A DNA stretch of 64,000 nt from Candidatus Heimdallarchaeota archaeon (GTDB taxonomy: Archaea > Asgardarchaeota > Heimdallarchaeia > Hodarchaeales > Hodarchaeaceae), in contig CP070695.1 in the NCBI GenBank assembly GCA_020353515.1, positions 1,797,435-1,861,434 of the forward strand, in the 5' to 3' direction. Position 1 is the stretch's first letter. Each line of letters begins with the position of its first letter. The translations under genes and the position numbers were made by a program. The notes beneath the pieces were generated by a model. The model saw nothing but the letters and a program-made list of their open reading frames with translations. It ran no database searches and had not been told where the DNA came from. Positions 50,481-59,057 of this stretch are shown piece by piece.

Positions 50481-51939
50481 ACCCTAGGTCACCAAGATTT
50501 TCTTTTATTGTGTCAACCAATTCCTCTGATTCTTTAAACTGTTCTACAAGCTCAGTCACTAAGTGATTCATTTTTTCATTGAATGGTTCATCTGGATCAT
50601 CTGGAGTTTTGGGTACTCCGATATAACGTGCAGGGGTAAGGATATATTTATTCTCACGGATTTGATCAATTTTGACCGACCGACAATACCCAAGGACATC
50701 TATATAATCACCTGAACTAGCTTTCCAAGAATTATATGTCCCAGAAATATGTTGAATTTCGTCTTCAGTAAGTTTTTTATGGACTCTATCAACTAACTCC
50801 CCAAATTCCCGAGTATCTATGAATAGTACTTCTTTTCTCCGATTCATACTCTTTCTTTGATTAATAATCCATAAACACGCAGGAATACTTGTATTATAAA
50901 AAAGTTTGTCTGGTAAAGTCACTATACAGTCAACCAGATCAGTTTCTACAATATTCTTTCGAATATTTCCCTCATTAGACATCGTTGAACTTAACGATCC
51001 ATTTGTAAGAATAAAACCAGCAATTCCAGAAGGGGATAAATGATGAATGAAATGTTGTATCCATGCATAGTTTGCATTTCTGACTGGAGGAATCCCATAT
51101 TCCCATCGTACATCCTGACGTAAGAGATTCCCTTTCCAATCTCTAACATTGAATGGCGGATTTGCCAAGATAAAGTCGGCTTTAAGACCCGTATGTAAAT
51201 CATTCGTAAAACTGTCTCCCCATCTAATGTCACCATCTATTCCACGAATCGCAAGATTCATCTTACAAAGACTCCAGGTAGTGCGATTAGATTCCTGACC
51301 GAATATTGAGATATCATTAGCTTTCCCTCCAGAATAGCGAACAAATTCATCGCTCAAAATAAACATACCCCCAGATCCACAACATGGGTCGTATACATTC
51401 CCTTTACGTGGTTTTATCATCTCTATTAAGAGTTTCACAACACTAGGTGGAGTATAGAACTGACCACCTTTTTTTCCTTCCGCTTTTGCGAATTGGCCTA
51501 AAAAATATTCGAAGATACGACCAAGAATGTCTTTGTTTTTGTTTTCCTCTGTTTCCAATTCGATCGTATCAATCAGAACTATGAGTTCACCTAAGCGTTG
51601 TCTATCTATACCCATAAGTGAATAATTCTTAGGCAAAACTCCTTTCAATGTAGTATTATCAAGTTCAATTAATTCCATTGCTTTATCAATAATTCTTCCA
51701 ATATCTGAATTATTGGTGTTTTCTTTTAGATATTCCCAACGAGCTAGTGGTGGGATTGTTAGGATTCTTTGGTAATTTTGCCTATCAGCACTAAGATCAG
51801 AAATGTATTTTAAGAAGATCAGACCTAAAACTACAGTACGATACTCTGAGGCATCAAGGTTACTTCGTAATTTTTCCGCAGAACTCCACAATTTCTCTTC
51901 AAGGTGAAGATGAGTAATAGTGGAATCGTTGTTGGCCAT
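50470..51939 (-). CDS. hsdM: Type I R-M methyltransferase subunit
   Basis: LWSSAEKLR, VLGLIFLKYISD, GQFYTP, YDPCCGSGG, ANPPF, LTPARY. Confidence 0.95.
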   Translation of the reverse strand: MANNDSTITHLHLEEKLWSSAEKLRSNLDASEYRTVVLGLIFLKYISDLSADRQNYQRILTIPPLARWEYLKENTNNSDIGRIIDKAMELIELDNTTLKGVLPKNYSLMGIDRQRLGELIVLIDTIELETEENKNKDILGRIFEYFLGQFAKAEGKKGGQFYTPPSVVKLLIEMIKPRKGNVYDPCCGSGGMFILSDEFVRYSGGKANDISIFGQESNRTTWSLCKMNLAIRGIDGDIRWGDSFTNDLHTGLKADFILANPPFNVRDWKGNLLRQDVRWEYGIPPVRNANYAWIQHFIHHLSPSGIAGFILTNGSLSSTMSNEGNIRKNIVETDLVDCIVTLPDKLFYNTSIPACLWIINQRKSMNRRKEVLFIDTREFGELVDRVHKKLTEDEIQHISGTYNSWKASSGDYIDVLGYCRSVKIDQIRENKYILTPARYIGVPKTPDDPDEPFNEKMNHLVTELVEQFKESEELVDTIKENLGDLGFDL

Positions 51940-52097
51940 AGATATCGTTTCCGTTCTTTTAATATAATGAAAAAAGAAAAATGTTAAATCTTTCTTTGAA
52001 ATGAGCTAATTAAAGACAAACAATCTACTAACTTAAAAAAGAAAAAAGGTATTTTTACACCCTCTTATATACGTAGAAGAAAAATGAAGTATAGAGA

Positions 52098-54173
52098 TTA
52101 GTCAACTCCTTTTTCCTTCATCCGTTCACGCATTTTTTTAGGATCAAATCCTTCTTTTCTCATCATGGCGTGCATTTCTTCAGGATCTATTCCCCGTTCC
52201 TTCATCATAGCCCGTATCTGTTCAGGGTTAACTCCTCCTTCTTTCATCATGGCTTGTACATGATCAGGACTCATATCATGCCCCTGCATCATCTTCCCCA
52301 TACCTGCATACATGACGGTGGACATAGAAGTTGGTTCCCGTATAGGAGCCTTATAAACTTCAGCTAACTCTTCTACTCCTTGATGTGCGTAATAAGTATG
52401 ATATAGCTCAGCATATACTCCATTTTGGGCAAGAAGTTCCTCATGAGTACCAAGTTCAACCAATTTTCCCTTCTCAAAGACTGCTAAACGATCTACATCT
52501 CGAATAGTTGTTAATCGGTGAGCGATGACAAAAGTTGTCCTACTTTTAAATAAAGCTTTTTGTGCTTGCTGGACTAAGCTCTCAGAATAGGCATCAAGTC
52601 GTGACGTGGCTTCATCAAGTACAAGAATCTTTGGATCTGCGAGCATTGTCCGAGCAATCGTAATCATCTGTCTTTGTCCTGAACTCAAACCCTTACCACT
52701 TTCCTGCAGCATTGTTTGATAACCATTCGGTAATGCTTCGATAAAATCATCAGCTCCTATGAGTTTGCACAGTTCATAGAGCTCGCGATCACTCACCTCT
52801 GGATTCCCATAACGAATATTCTCTAGAACTGTATCTGCAAAAAGATACGGTTCTTGGGTAATTAATCCAATAGATGTATGTAAACTTTCCAGCTTTATCT
52901 CTCGTAAATCTTGATTTCCTATTAAAATCCGGCCTTCGGTTGGATCATAAAATCGTGTAAGAAGTGCAGCCAGTGTGGTCTTTCCAGCACCTGTATGGCC
53001 AACAATTGCAATTTTTTCTCCTTCTTTAACTTTGAAAGTGACAGCTTCAAGTACAGGAGTTCCCTTCACATATTCATAGGAGACATTATCTAAAGTAACA
53101 CTTGTGTCCTGTAATGTGAGGGGACTTGCACTCAATGAATTTGTAACTTGTGGTTTTTGCTCTAGGACATCTGCTACCCTATCCATCGCTGCTAATGAAG
53201 ACTGTAGTTGGGGGTAATACATCGCTAAGTGAAGTATGGGGCTTAAAAAGCGTTGGACAAGAATTGTACCAAGATAGATTGACCCGATAGTAATCGCGGA
53301 CTCTGGTAACCATCCACCAACGATCAATGTCAAGGCAACAAGAATAGTACTGACCATCGATACAGCAGGGAACATAAAATTAAAGATGGCACCTAATTGC
53401 TTGAAATATTGGTAAGTCCGCTGATTAAGTTCATAAAGAACAGAAGAGGACCATTCCTCGCGATTAAATGATTTAGCAATTGAAACTCCAGCAAGACTTT
53501 CCGCCATTTGGCCTGATACTTCTCCATACGATTTTCGGACACGATACATGATTTTTCTTCCAAGTGTACCAAGTATTCCAGCTAAAATCGCTGCCACTGG
53601 TATAGCGAGCAATGCAATTCCAGTTATTATCCAGCTGGTAGCTAAAAGAATAAAAAAGGTTCCAAAAGTCAAGAGGAGCTGGGAGCTCGCATTAGTAACA
53701 ACAGTTATTCCAGCAGCCAATTCATCCGTGTCACTCGTGACCCTACTGGTTACATTTCCACTTTGTTCTTGTTTGTGAAATGACATGTCAGCATATACCA
53801 ATCGATCAAAGACGTCAATTCGGACATCATGGAGCATCTTGGCTTTTAATCGGGCAAGTATATACGTGTTAACAGCATTAATAATCCAAATTGCTAATGA
53901 AAGAATCAAAAAGACAATAAATAGGAATCCAAGGAAATTAATGTCTGGATGAAGTGTCGCAACAGCTGCATCTAAACCTTCGCTTATTATTAGTGGGGAA
54001 ATAATCGATCCAATAGCGTAAGTAAGTATTAAAAACGCTGAAAAAAGAAGAAGCCCTTTAAAAGGAGTGAGGTATCCCCAAAGCATTTTAAGTAGTTGTT
54101 TAGTGGATCGAACTTTCTTATATTTAGTATCTGCAAAGAACCCATGGGGTCCACGACCTCGACGATGAGCCAT
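52098..54173 (-). CDS. ABC exporter subunit (TMD+NBD) carrying consensus Walker B/H-switch; Met-rich C-terminal repeats
   Basis: GHTGAGKT, LSSGQ, LVLDEA, IAHR. Confidence 0.93.
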   Translation of the reverse strand: MAHRRGRGPHGFFADTKYKKVRSTKQLLKMLWGYLTPFKGLLLFSAFLILTYAIGSIISPLIISEGLDAAVATLHPDINFLGFLFIVFLILSLAIWIINAVNTYILARLKAKMLHDVRIDVFDRLVYADMSFHKQEQSGNVTSRVTSDTDELAAGITVVTNASSQLLLTFGTFFILLATSWIITGIALLAIPVAAILAGILGTLGRKIMYRVRKSYGEVSGQMAESLAGVSIAKSFNREEWSSSVLYELNQRTYQYFKQLGAIFNFMFPAVSMVSTILVALTLIVGGWLPESAITIGSIYLGTILVQRFLSPILHLAMYYPQLQSSLAAMDRVADVLEQKPQVTNSLSASPLTLQDTSVTLDNVSYEYVKGTPVLEAVTFKVKEGEKIAIVGHTGAGKTTLAALLTRFYDPTEGRILIGNQDLREIKLESLHTSIGLITQEPYLFADTVLENIRYGNPEVSDRELYELCKLIGADDFIEALPNGYQTMLQESGKGLSSGQRQMITIARTMLADPKILVLDEATSRLDAYSESLVQQAQKALFKSRTTFVIAHRLTTIRDVDRLAVFEKGKLVELGTHEELLAQNGVYAELYHTYYAHQGVEELAEVYKAPIREPTSMSTVMYAGMGKMMQGHDMSPDHVQAMMKEGGVNPEQIRAMMKERGIDPEEMHAMMRKEGFDPKKMRERMKEKGVD

Positions 54174-55978
54174 TAGGAGGGACCTCCTACAACTTCAGGA
54201 AGTGCTTCAAATATCGTTTGATATTGAGGGCACGACTCTAGCATTTTATCATGTGGCCCATAAGCACAAATTTCTCCTTTATCAAATAAAACAACGAAAT
54301 CCGATTCAATAAGAGTCCTTAATCGTTGTGTTACAACGATAGATGTACGATCCTCCATCAACTTATCAAGAGCCCGACGAAGAAGAAGCTCAGTCTTGGA
54401 ATCAATGGCAGATACGGAATCGTCAAGTAACAAGACCTTGGGATCTGCTAAAATAGCTCGAGCAATCGCAATACGCTGTCTTTGACCTCCAGAAAGCTTT
54501 GATCCACGTTCTCCAATCCTAGTTTCAAACCCTTGGGGAAGTTTTTCAATAAATGTTAATGCTTGAGCGTTCTTCGCTGCGGAAGCAATTTCTTCATCTG
54601 AAGCATTTGGATCAGCAAATGCGATATTTTCTCTTACAGACGCAGAAAAGAGAAACACTTCCTGCTCAACCATCGTGACTCCTTGACGAATTTCACCAGC
54701 AGGGATTTCAGTTAAAGGAGTACCATTAATTTTGATTTCTCCTTCCGTTGGATCATATAAGCGAAGTAACAACTTGAGGAAGGTTGATTTCCCAGATCCT
54801 GGGCCCCCAATTATAGCTACTCTGGAACCAGAAGAAATAGTAAGATTTATGTTCTTTAACGCTGATTTTGTTGAATTTCCATAGTTAAAACTTACATCAT
54901 CGAACACAATGTCACCACCCCAATCAGGAACTACTCCTTCTTGAGCTGTATCAGGTACAGGATCCTTCCATGTCATCTTCAGCCAAATACGATCCGCATT
55001 GGTTTTCCCAGCTCTAATATTGAGAATTGCCATTGGAAGCATGAAATTAATGAATTGGAGTGATAATAGCATAGAAACGGAGGAAGTGAAAGTATCAATG
55101 GTACTAGGATTTTCTGCTAAGTTGATTAGACCTAAACCGAATATAATGGCCGTTAAAGCAATCAAAACTAATGCAGGCCAAAAGAATGCAGAAAGGCGTC
55201 CTTCTTTTGTTACTATATCTGCGTAGCTAGTACTACCAGAAGCAAAACGTTTGTTCTCCTGATCCTCTTGATTAAAACTTCGAACAACTTCGATTCCTCT
55301 AAAAATTTCTTGAGAATCACGTGTTACAACAGCTAAGCGAGAGGCAAGCTCTTCACGAATTGGCCCAATTACTGATGCATATCGGACAACTAAGAGAATG
55401 TAGAGTGGAAATCCCAGTAAAGCAATTAGGAAATAAGCAGGATCGAACGCTAGAAATACAATTGTAATAAATATCATACTTAGTAAGGAACCAGATAGCA
55501 TTCGCATACTTGGGTTGACTCCCATCCGCATTTGAGAGATTTCATTCATAGCCATGGATAACAGGCTACTACTGTCAATCTCATCATGAAATGTCATGGA
55601 GTGTTCCTGTACAATGTCGAAAAACTCTTGTCGAGTATCTCTTTCATATCTAAATGCGGCTACAGTCCATGAATAGTTTGTAACAAAGGTGATTACAAAA
55701 CTTAGAAGGGCAGAAATGATTATTCCTAAACATGCAAAGAGGAAAGCTTGAGAAAAACCATCTGATTGAAGAATACTGAACGCTTGCCCAAGAAGAATAC
55801 TGGGAAATAATATCAAGAAGGCACTTATTAAAGACATTCCTAAGCTCAACAAAACAAGACCTGGACTTCGCCAGAAAAAACTTAAATACCAATGTGTAGC
55901 AGAACGATACTTTTTGGTCGGTAACGGAGTGAATTTTCTCCGTTGTACATCGGTTGAAACTGTCTGGGGTACTTGCAT
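54173..55978 (-). CDS. ABC exporter subunit (TMD+NBD) carrying degenerate Walker B/H-switch; heterodimer partner
   Basis: GGPGSGKS, LSGGQ, LLLDDS (E to D), VTQR (H to Q), the TM287/288-type pattern; TAATG coupling. Confidence 0.93.
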   Translation of the reverse strand: MQVPQTVSTDVQRRKFTPLPTKKYRSATHWYLSFFWRSPGLVLLSLGMSLISAFLILFPSILLGQAFSILQSDGFSQAFLFACLGIIISALLSFVITFVTNYSWTVAAFRYERDTRQEFFDIVQEHSMTFHDEIDSSSLLSMAMNEISQMRMGVNPSMRMLSGSLLSMIFITIVFLAFDPAYFLIALLGFPLYILLVVRYASVIGPIREELASRLAVVTRDSQEIFRGIEVVRSFNQEDQENKRFASGSTSYADIVTKEGRLSAFFWPALVLIALTAIIFGLGLINLAENPSTIDTFTSSVSMLLSLQFINFMLPMAILNIRAGKTNADRIWLKMTWKDPVPDTAQEGVVPDWGGDIVFDDVSFNYGNSTKSALKNINLTISSGSRVAIIGGPGSGKSTFLKLLLRLYDPTEGEIKINGTPLTEIPAGEIRQGVTMVEQEVFLFSASVRENIAFADPNASDEEIASAAKNAQALTFIEKLPQGFETRIGERGSKLSGGQRQRIAIARAILADPKVLLLDDSVSAIDSKTELLLRRALDKLMEDRTSIVVTQRLRTLIESDFVVLFDKGEICAYGPHDKMLESCPQYQTIFEALPEVVGGPS

Positions 55979-56025
55979 AACTTTTCTTCCAGTGATAATG
56001 GATTATTTTTCTATATACCCAATAG

Positions 56026-56053
56026 CTAGAAAAACTATATATAGGTTTCCTAG
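56026..56053. promoter_or_regulatory. 28-bp imperfect palindrome, candidate PadR operator or overlapping divergent TATA boxes
   Basis: CTAGAAAAACTATATATAGGTTTCCTAG between the divergent ABC and PadR genes; 2 mismatched pairs. Confidence 0.55.
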
Positions 56054-56129
56054 ATATATTATGTACGAACTGTGTAGCGAAATCTAGGTTTTTTTATTCA
56101 CTGTTAGATAGAAAAGAGGTTTAATCAGT

Positions 56130-56729
56130 TTGGATTCGACAGATAAACTTGTAGAAAAGTGGATCCAAGGATTTCATCGTGGCAGTTTGCGTTTTTTCAT
56201 TCTACATCTTCTTCGTCACGAAAGAGAGGACAAAAACATCACACAAACAGGTGAAAACCTCTTTAGAAAAAAAATACATGGATACCACATTGCAAAGGCA
56301 ATTAAAGAAATTACAGAGGAAAAATGGGAGCCTACAACAGCTTCTATCTATCCAATACTCAATCAATTCGAAAAAGAAAGAATAATCGAAGAAATTGCAG
56401 AAGGAAATAATAAAGAGGGAAAACGATTCACTAAGAAGTATCGATTAACGGATTATGGACTAGAAGTAGCACAAAAATTAGAACAAGCACGTAAAGATTT
56501 TGCTAAAGCTTTTAGGATCCATCCTCGCCATATCCCACCTCCACAATCCCATCTACAGATGATAAAATCTAAGCTAGACCTTAGTGATGAAGAAATTTCT
56601 GAAATATTGGCAAGTGCTAGTTTAAGGGATCTTAAGATCGAAAAAAAACAGCTTGAAGAAAGTATTCTTCTGATTCAAGAGACTTTAAAAGCTGTTGAGG
56701 CTGAGATTGAGCGTAAGAAGACTTCTTAA
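56130..56729 (+). CDS. PadR family transcriptional regulator
   Basis: HGYHIA, SIYPIL, KKYRLTDYG; divergent from the ABC pair. Confidence 0.88.
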   Translation: MDSTDKLVEKWIQGFHRGSLRFFILHLLRHEREDKNITQTGENLFRKKIHGYHIAKAIKEITEEKWEPTTASIYPILNQFEKERIIEEIAEGNNKEGKRFTKKYRLTDYGLEVAQKLEQARKDFAKAFRIHPRHIPPPQSHLQMIKSKLDLSDEEISEILASASLRDLKIEKKQLEESILLIQETLKAVEAEIERKKTS

Positions 56730-56907
56730 CTTTGAAGAAGAAAGAAAAAATTAAGGAGTTAATGAGATTAATAGTTTGATACTCTACGGAGAAGAAGACT
56801 CCAATAAATAAAATTGCCTCTCTTAAGAAAGGTTTTTTAAAGGTAAAACTATTTCTTTTTAATATCTCTCTGTATTGGGAAGAAAAGTAACTACTGATTG
56901 AGGAAAC

Positions 56908-58605
56908 ATGTGTGGGAGAAGAAATAGACCTCTAAAAATCATTATTTTATTTGTTGTTTTATTGTTTCATCCGAGTATTTCCTTTTCTATCGTCCAAATT
57001 AACTTATCAAACTCGCTGGTCTCTGCAACCAGATTAATTTCGCAGATTTATACGATATGTGATCCCATCAATGTTACAAACGATGATGAATTGGCTGCTG
57101 TAGCGAGTAGTGGCACAGGAACTGCTAACGACCCCTATATCATTGCAAACTGGAATATTACTGGTTCTTCAACTGATGGTATTTTTATCACAGGAACAAC
57201 GAAGTATATCAGAATAAATAATTGCTGGATTGTTAATTCTACTAATTATGGAATAAATGTGGATAATATAACCATAGGAACGGCGATAATTACCAACAAC
57301 ACCTGTAACAGTAATCGTTATGGTATCTATCTTGAGGATTCTGGTTCTTCAAATATAACCAACAACACCTGTAACAGCAACCGTTATAATGGCATCTACC
57401 TCCGTTATTCTACTAATACGATTATAGCTAACAACACCTGTAACAGTAATCGTTATGGTATCTATCTTGAGGATTCTGGTTCTTCAAATATAACCAACAA
57501 CACCTGTAACAGCAATGATAGGACTGGTACCTACCTTTACTCTTCTGGTTCTTCGACTATTACTAACAACACCTGCAACAGCAATGATAGGACTGGTATC
57601 TACCTTGAGTATTCATATTCTTCGACTATAGTTGACAACGTCTGCAATAACAATAATGAGCATGGCATCTTCATTTACGAAAATAGTTATTCAACTATAG
57701 CTAGCAACACCTGTAACAACAATAGCAGGACTGGAATCTACACTTGGGATTCTCTTTCTTTGGTTATAACCAACAACACCTGTAACAACAATAGTAATGA
57801 TGGCATCTTCATTTACGAATGTAATTTTTCAACTATAGATAATAACATTTGCAGCAGTAATGATGGGACTGGTATCTACCTTTATATCATCTTCCTCTCC
57901 TCTTCTGGTTCTTCGACTATTACCAACAATACCTGTAACAGCAATGACTATTATGGCATCTATATTGACTCTCCTGGTTCTTCAACTATTACAAATAACA
58001 CCTGCAACAACAATAGTGGAACTGGCATCTACCTTGAGGATTCTTCTTCTTCGACTGTAGCTAAAAACACCTGCAACAACAATATTGAGTATGGTATCTA
58101 TTTTTACTCTTCTAGTTCTTTAATTGTGACCAATAACACCTGTAACAGCAATATTGAGTATGGTATCTACTTTTATTCTTCTAGTTCTTTAATTGTGACC
58201 AACAACACCTGTAACAGCAATTATGAGTATGGCATCTACCTATATCGTTCTGGTTTTTCGACTATTACCAACAACACCTGTTACAGCAATGATGGGACTG
58301 GTATCTATCTATTTCGTTCTGATTATTCGACTGCAGCCAACAACACCTGCAACAACAATGTTGAGTATGGTATTTTCCTATATCATTCTGGTTCTTCGAT
58401 TGTAGTCAACAACACCTGCAACGATAATGGTGAAGATGGCATCACTTTTTGGGATCCTGATACTACTACTATTGCTACTTCAGAACCTACAACCAGTGGA
58501 ACCGAGACAAGTAGCTCTAATTCATTTTTATATAGAATTGGATTATTCTTATTTATCCTTGGGTTATTAGTAGCATTAATACTTGTTAACAGACGAAAAA
58601 AGTAG
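56908..58605 (+). CDS. Surface NosD/PbH1 right-handed beta-helix protein with 17 NNTC-type repeats and C-terminal anchor
   Basis: Signal peptide, GTGTANDPYII cap, 22-23-aa repeats, Thr/Ser linker, TM + RRKK. Confidence 0.9.
   Translation: MCGRRNRPLKIIILFVVLLFHPSISFSIVQINLSNSLVSATRLISQIYTICDPINVTNDDELAAVASSGTGTANDPYIIANWNITGSSTDGIFITGTTKYIRINNCWIVNSTNYGINVDNITIGTAIITNNTCNSNRYGIYLEDSGSSNITNNTCNSNRYNGIYLRYSTNTIIANNTCNSNRYGIYLEDSGSSNITNNTCNSNDRTGTYLYSSGSSTITNNTCNSNDRTGIYLEYSYSSTIVDNVCNNNNEHGIFIYENSYSTIASNTCNNNSRTGIYTWDSLSLVITNNTCNNNSNDGIFIYECNFSTIDNNICSSNDGTGIYLYIIFLSSSGSSTITNNTCNSNDYYGIYIDSPGSSTITNNTCNNNSGTGIYLEDSSSSTVAKNTCNNNIEYGIYFYSSSSLIVTNNTCNSNIEYGIYFYSSSSLIVTNNTCNSNYEYGIYLYRSGFSTITNNTCYSNDGTGIYLFRSDYSTAANNTCNNNVEYGIFLYHSGSSIVVNNTCNDNGEDGITFWDPDTTTIATSEPTTSGTETSSSNSFLYRIGLFLFILGLLVALILVNRRKK
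57295..57515 (+). repeat. Identical 86-bp intragenic direct repeat
   Basis: 57295-57380 equals 57430-57515 (offset 135 bp). Confidence 0.85.
58081..58218 (+). repeat. 69-bp tandem duplication
   Basis: 58081-58149 versus 58150-58218; only three synonymous differences. Confidence 0.85.
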
Positions 58606-58706
58606 GATTAGTAAAAAAGAAATTATCTTGAAGAAAATAAAACGTTCCATCAGAATAAAGTATAAATATATAAATTGCCTAATAAGTAAAAAAGGGTGAA
58701 TCATAA

Positions 58707-59042
58707 ATGTTTGAAGAAATTGAGGAATCTGAACAAGAAGAGGAAGAGAAGGAAGAAGAATTGGAGGAGGAAGATAACGAAAAAGTATTATTGGAGAGCG
58801 AATCCAAGAAAACTCCAGACGAAATCGCATCATTCTTAAGAGGATTAAGTGACCAGGTAGAAAAACGTTCGATTACCATGAAACAGGGAGGAAATCTACT
58901 CACACTCACCCTACCTGAGAATCTTGTCTTAGAAGTTGAAGTCGAAGAAGAGGGTGAAGGAGCCAAAAAGAAACAATCTTTAGAAATAGAGATTGAATGG
59001 TACGAAGAAGATATAGCCAAGGGAGCATTAGAACTGGAATAA
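58707..59042 (+). CDS. Amphi-Trp domain protein with poly-Glu N-terminus
   Basis: EIASFLRGL...LEVEVEEE...SLEIEIEW. Confidence 0.8.
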   Translation: MFEEIEESEQEEEEKEEELEEEDNEKVLLESESKKTPDEIASFLRGLSDQVEKRSITMKQGGNLLTLTLPENLVLEVEVEEEGEGAKKKQSLEIEIEWYEEDIAKGALELE

Positions 59043-59057
59043 GGATCTCTTGTTGTA

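Noticed and set aside
42530-51939. BREX/DISARM system or integrated mobile element
   Set aside because: No PglZ, BrxC, helicase, integrase, att-like repeats or tRNA target is visible.
57280-58440. AAC-rich repeats as a CRISPR array or DGR template/variable repeat
   Set aside because: Repeats are in frame within a beta-helix CDS, differences are not adenine-specific, there are no unique spacers, and no reverse transcriptase or cas gene is in the window.
58707-58790. GAA/GAG-rich tract as a DNA repeat element
   Set aside because: It simply encodes the poly-Glu N-terminus of the amphi-Trp protein.
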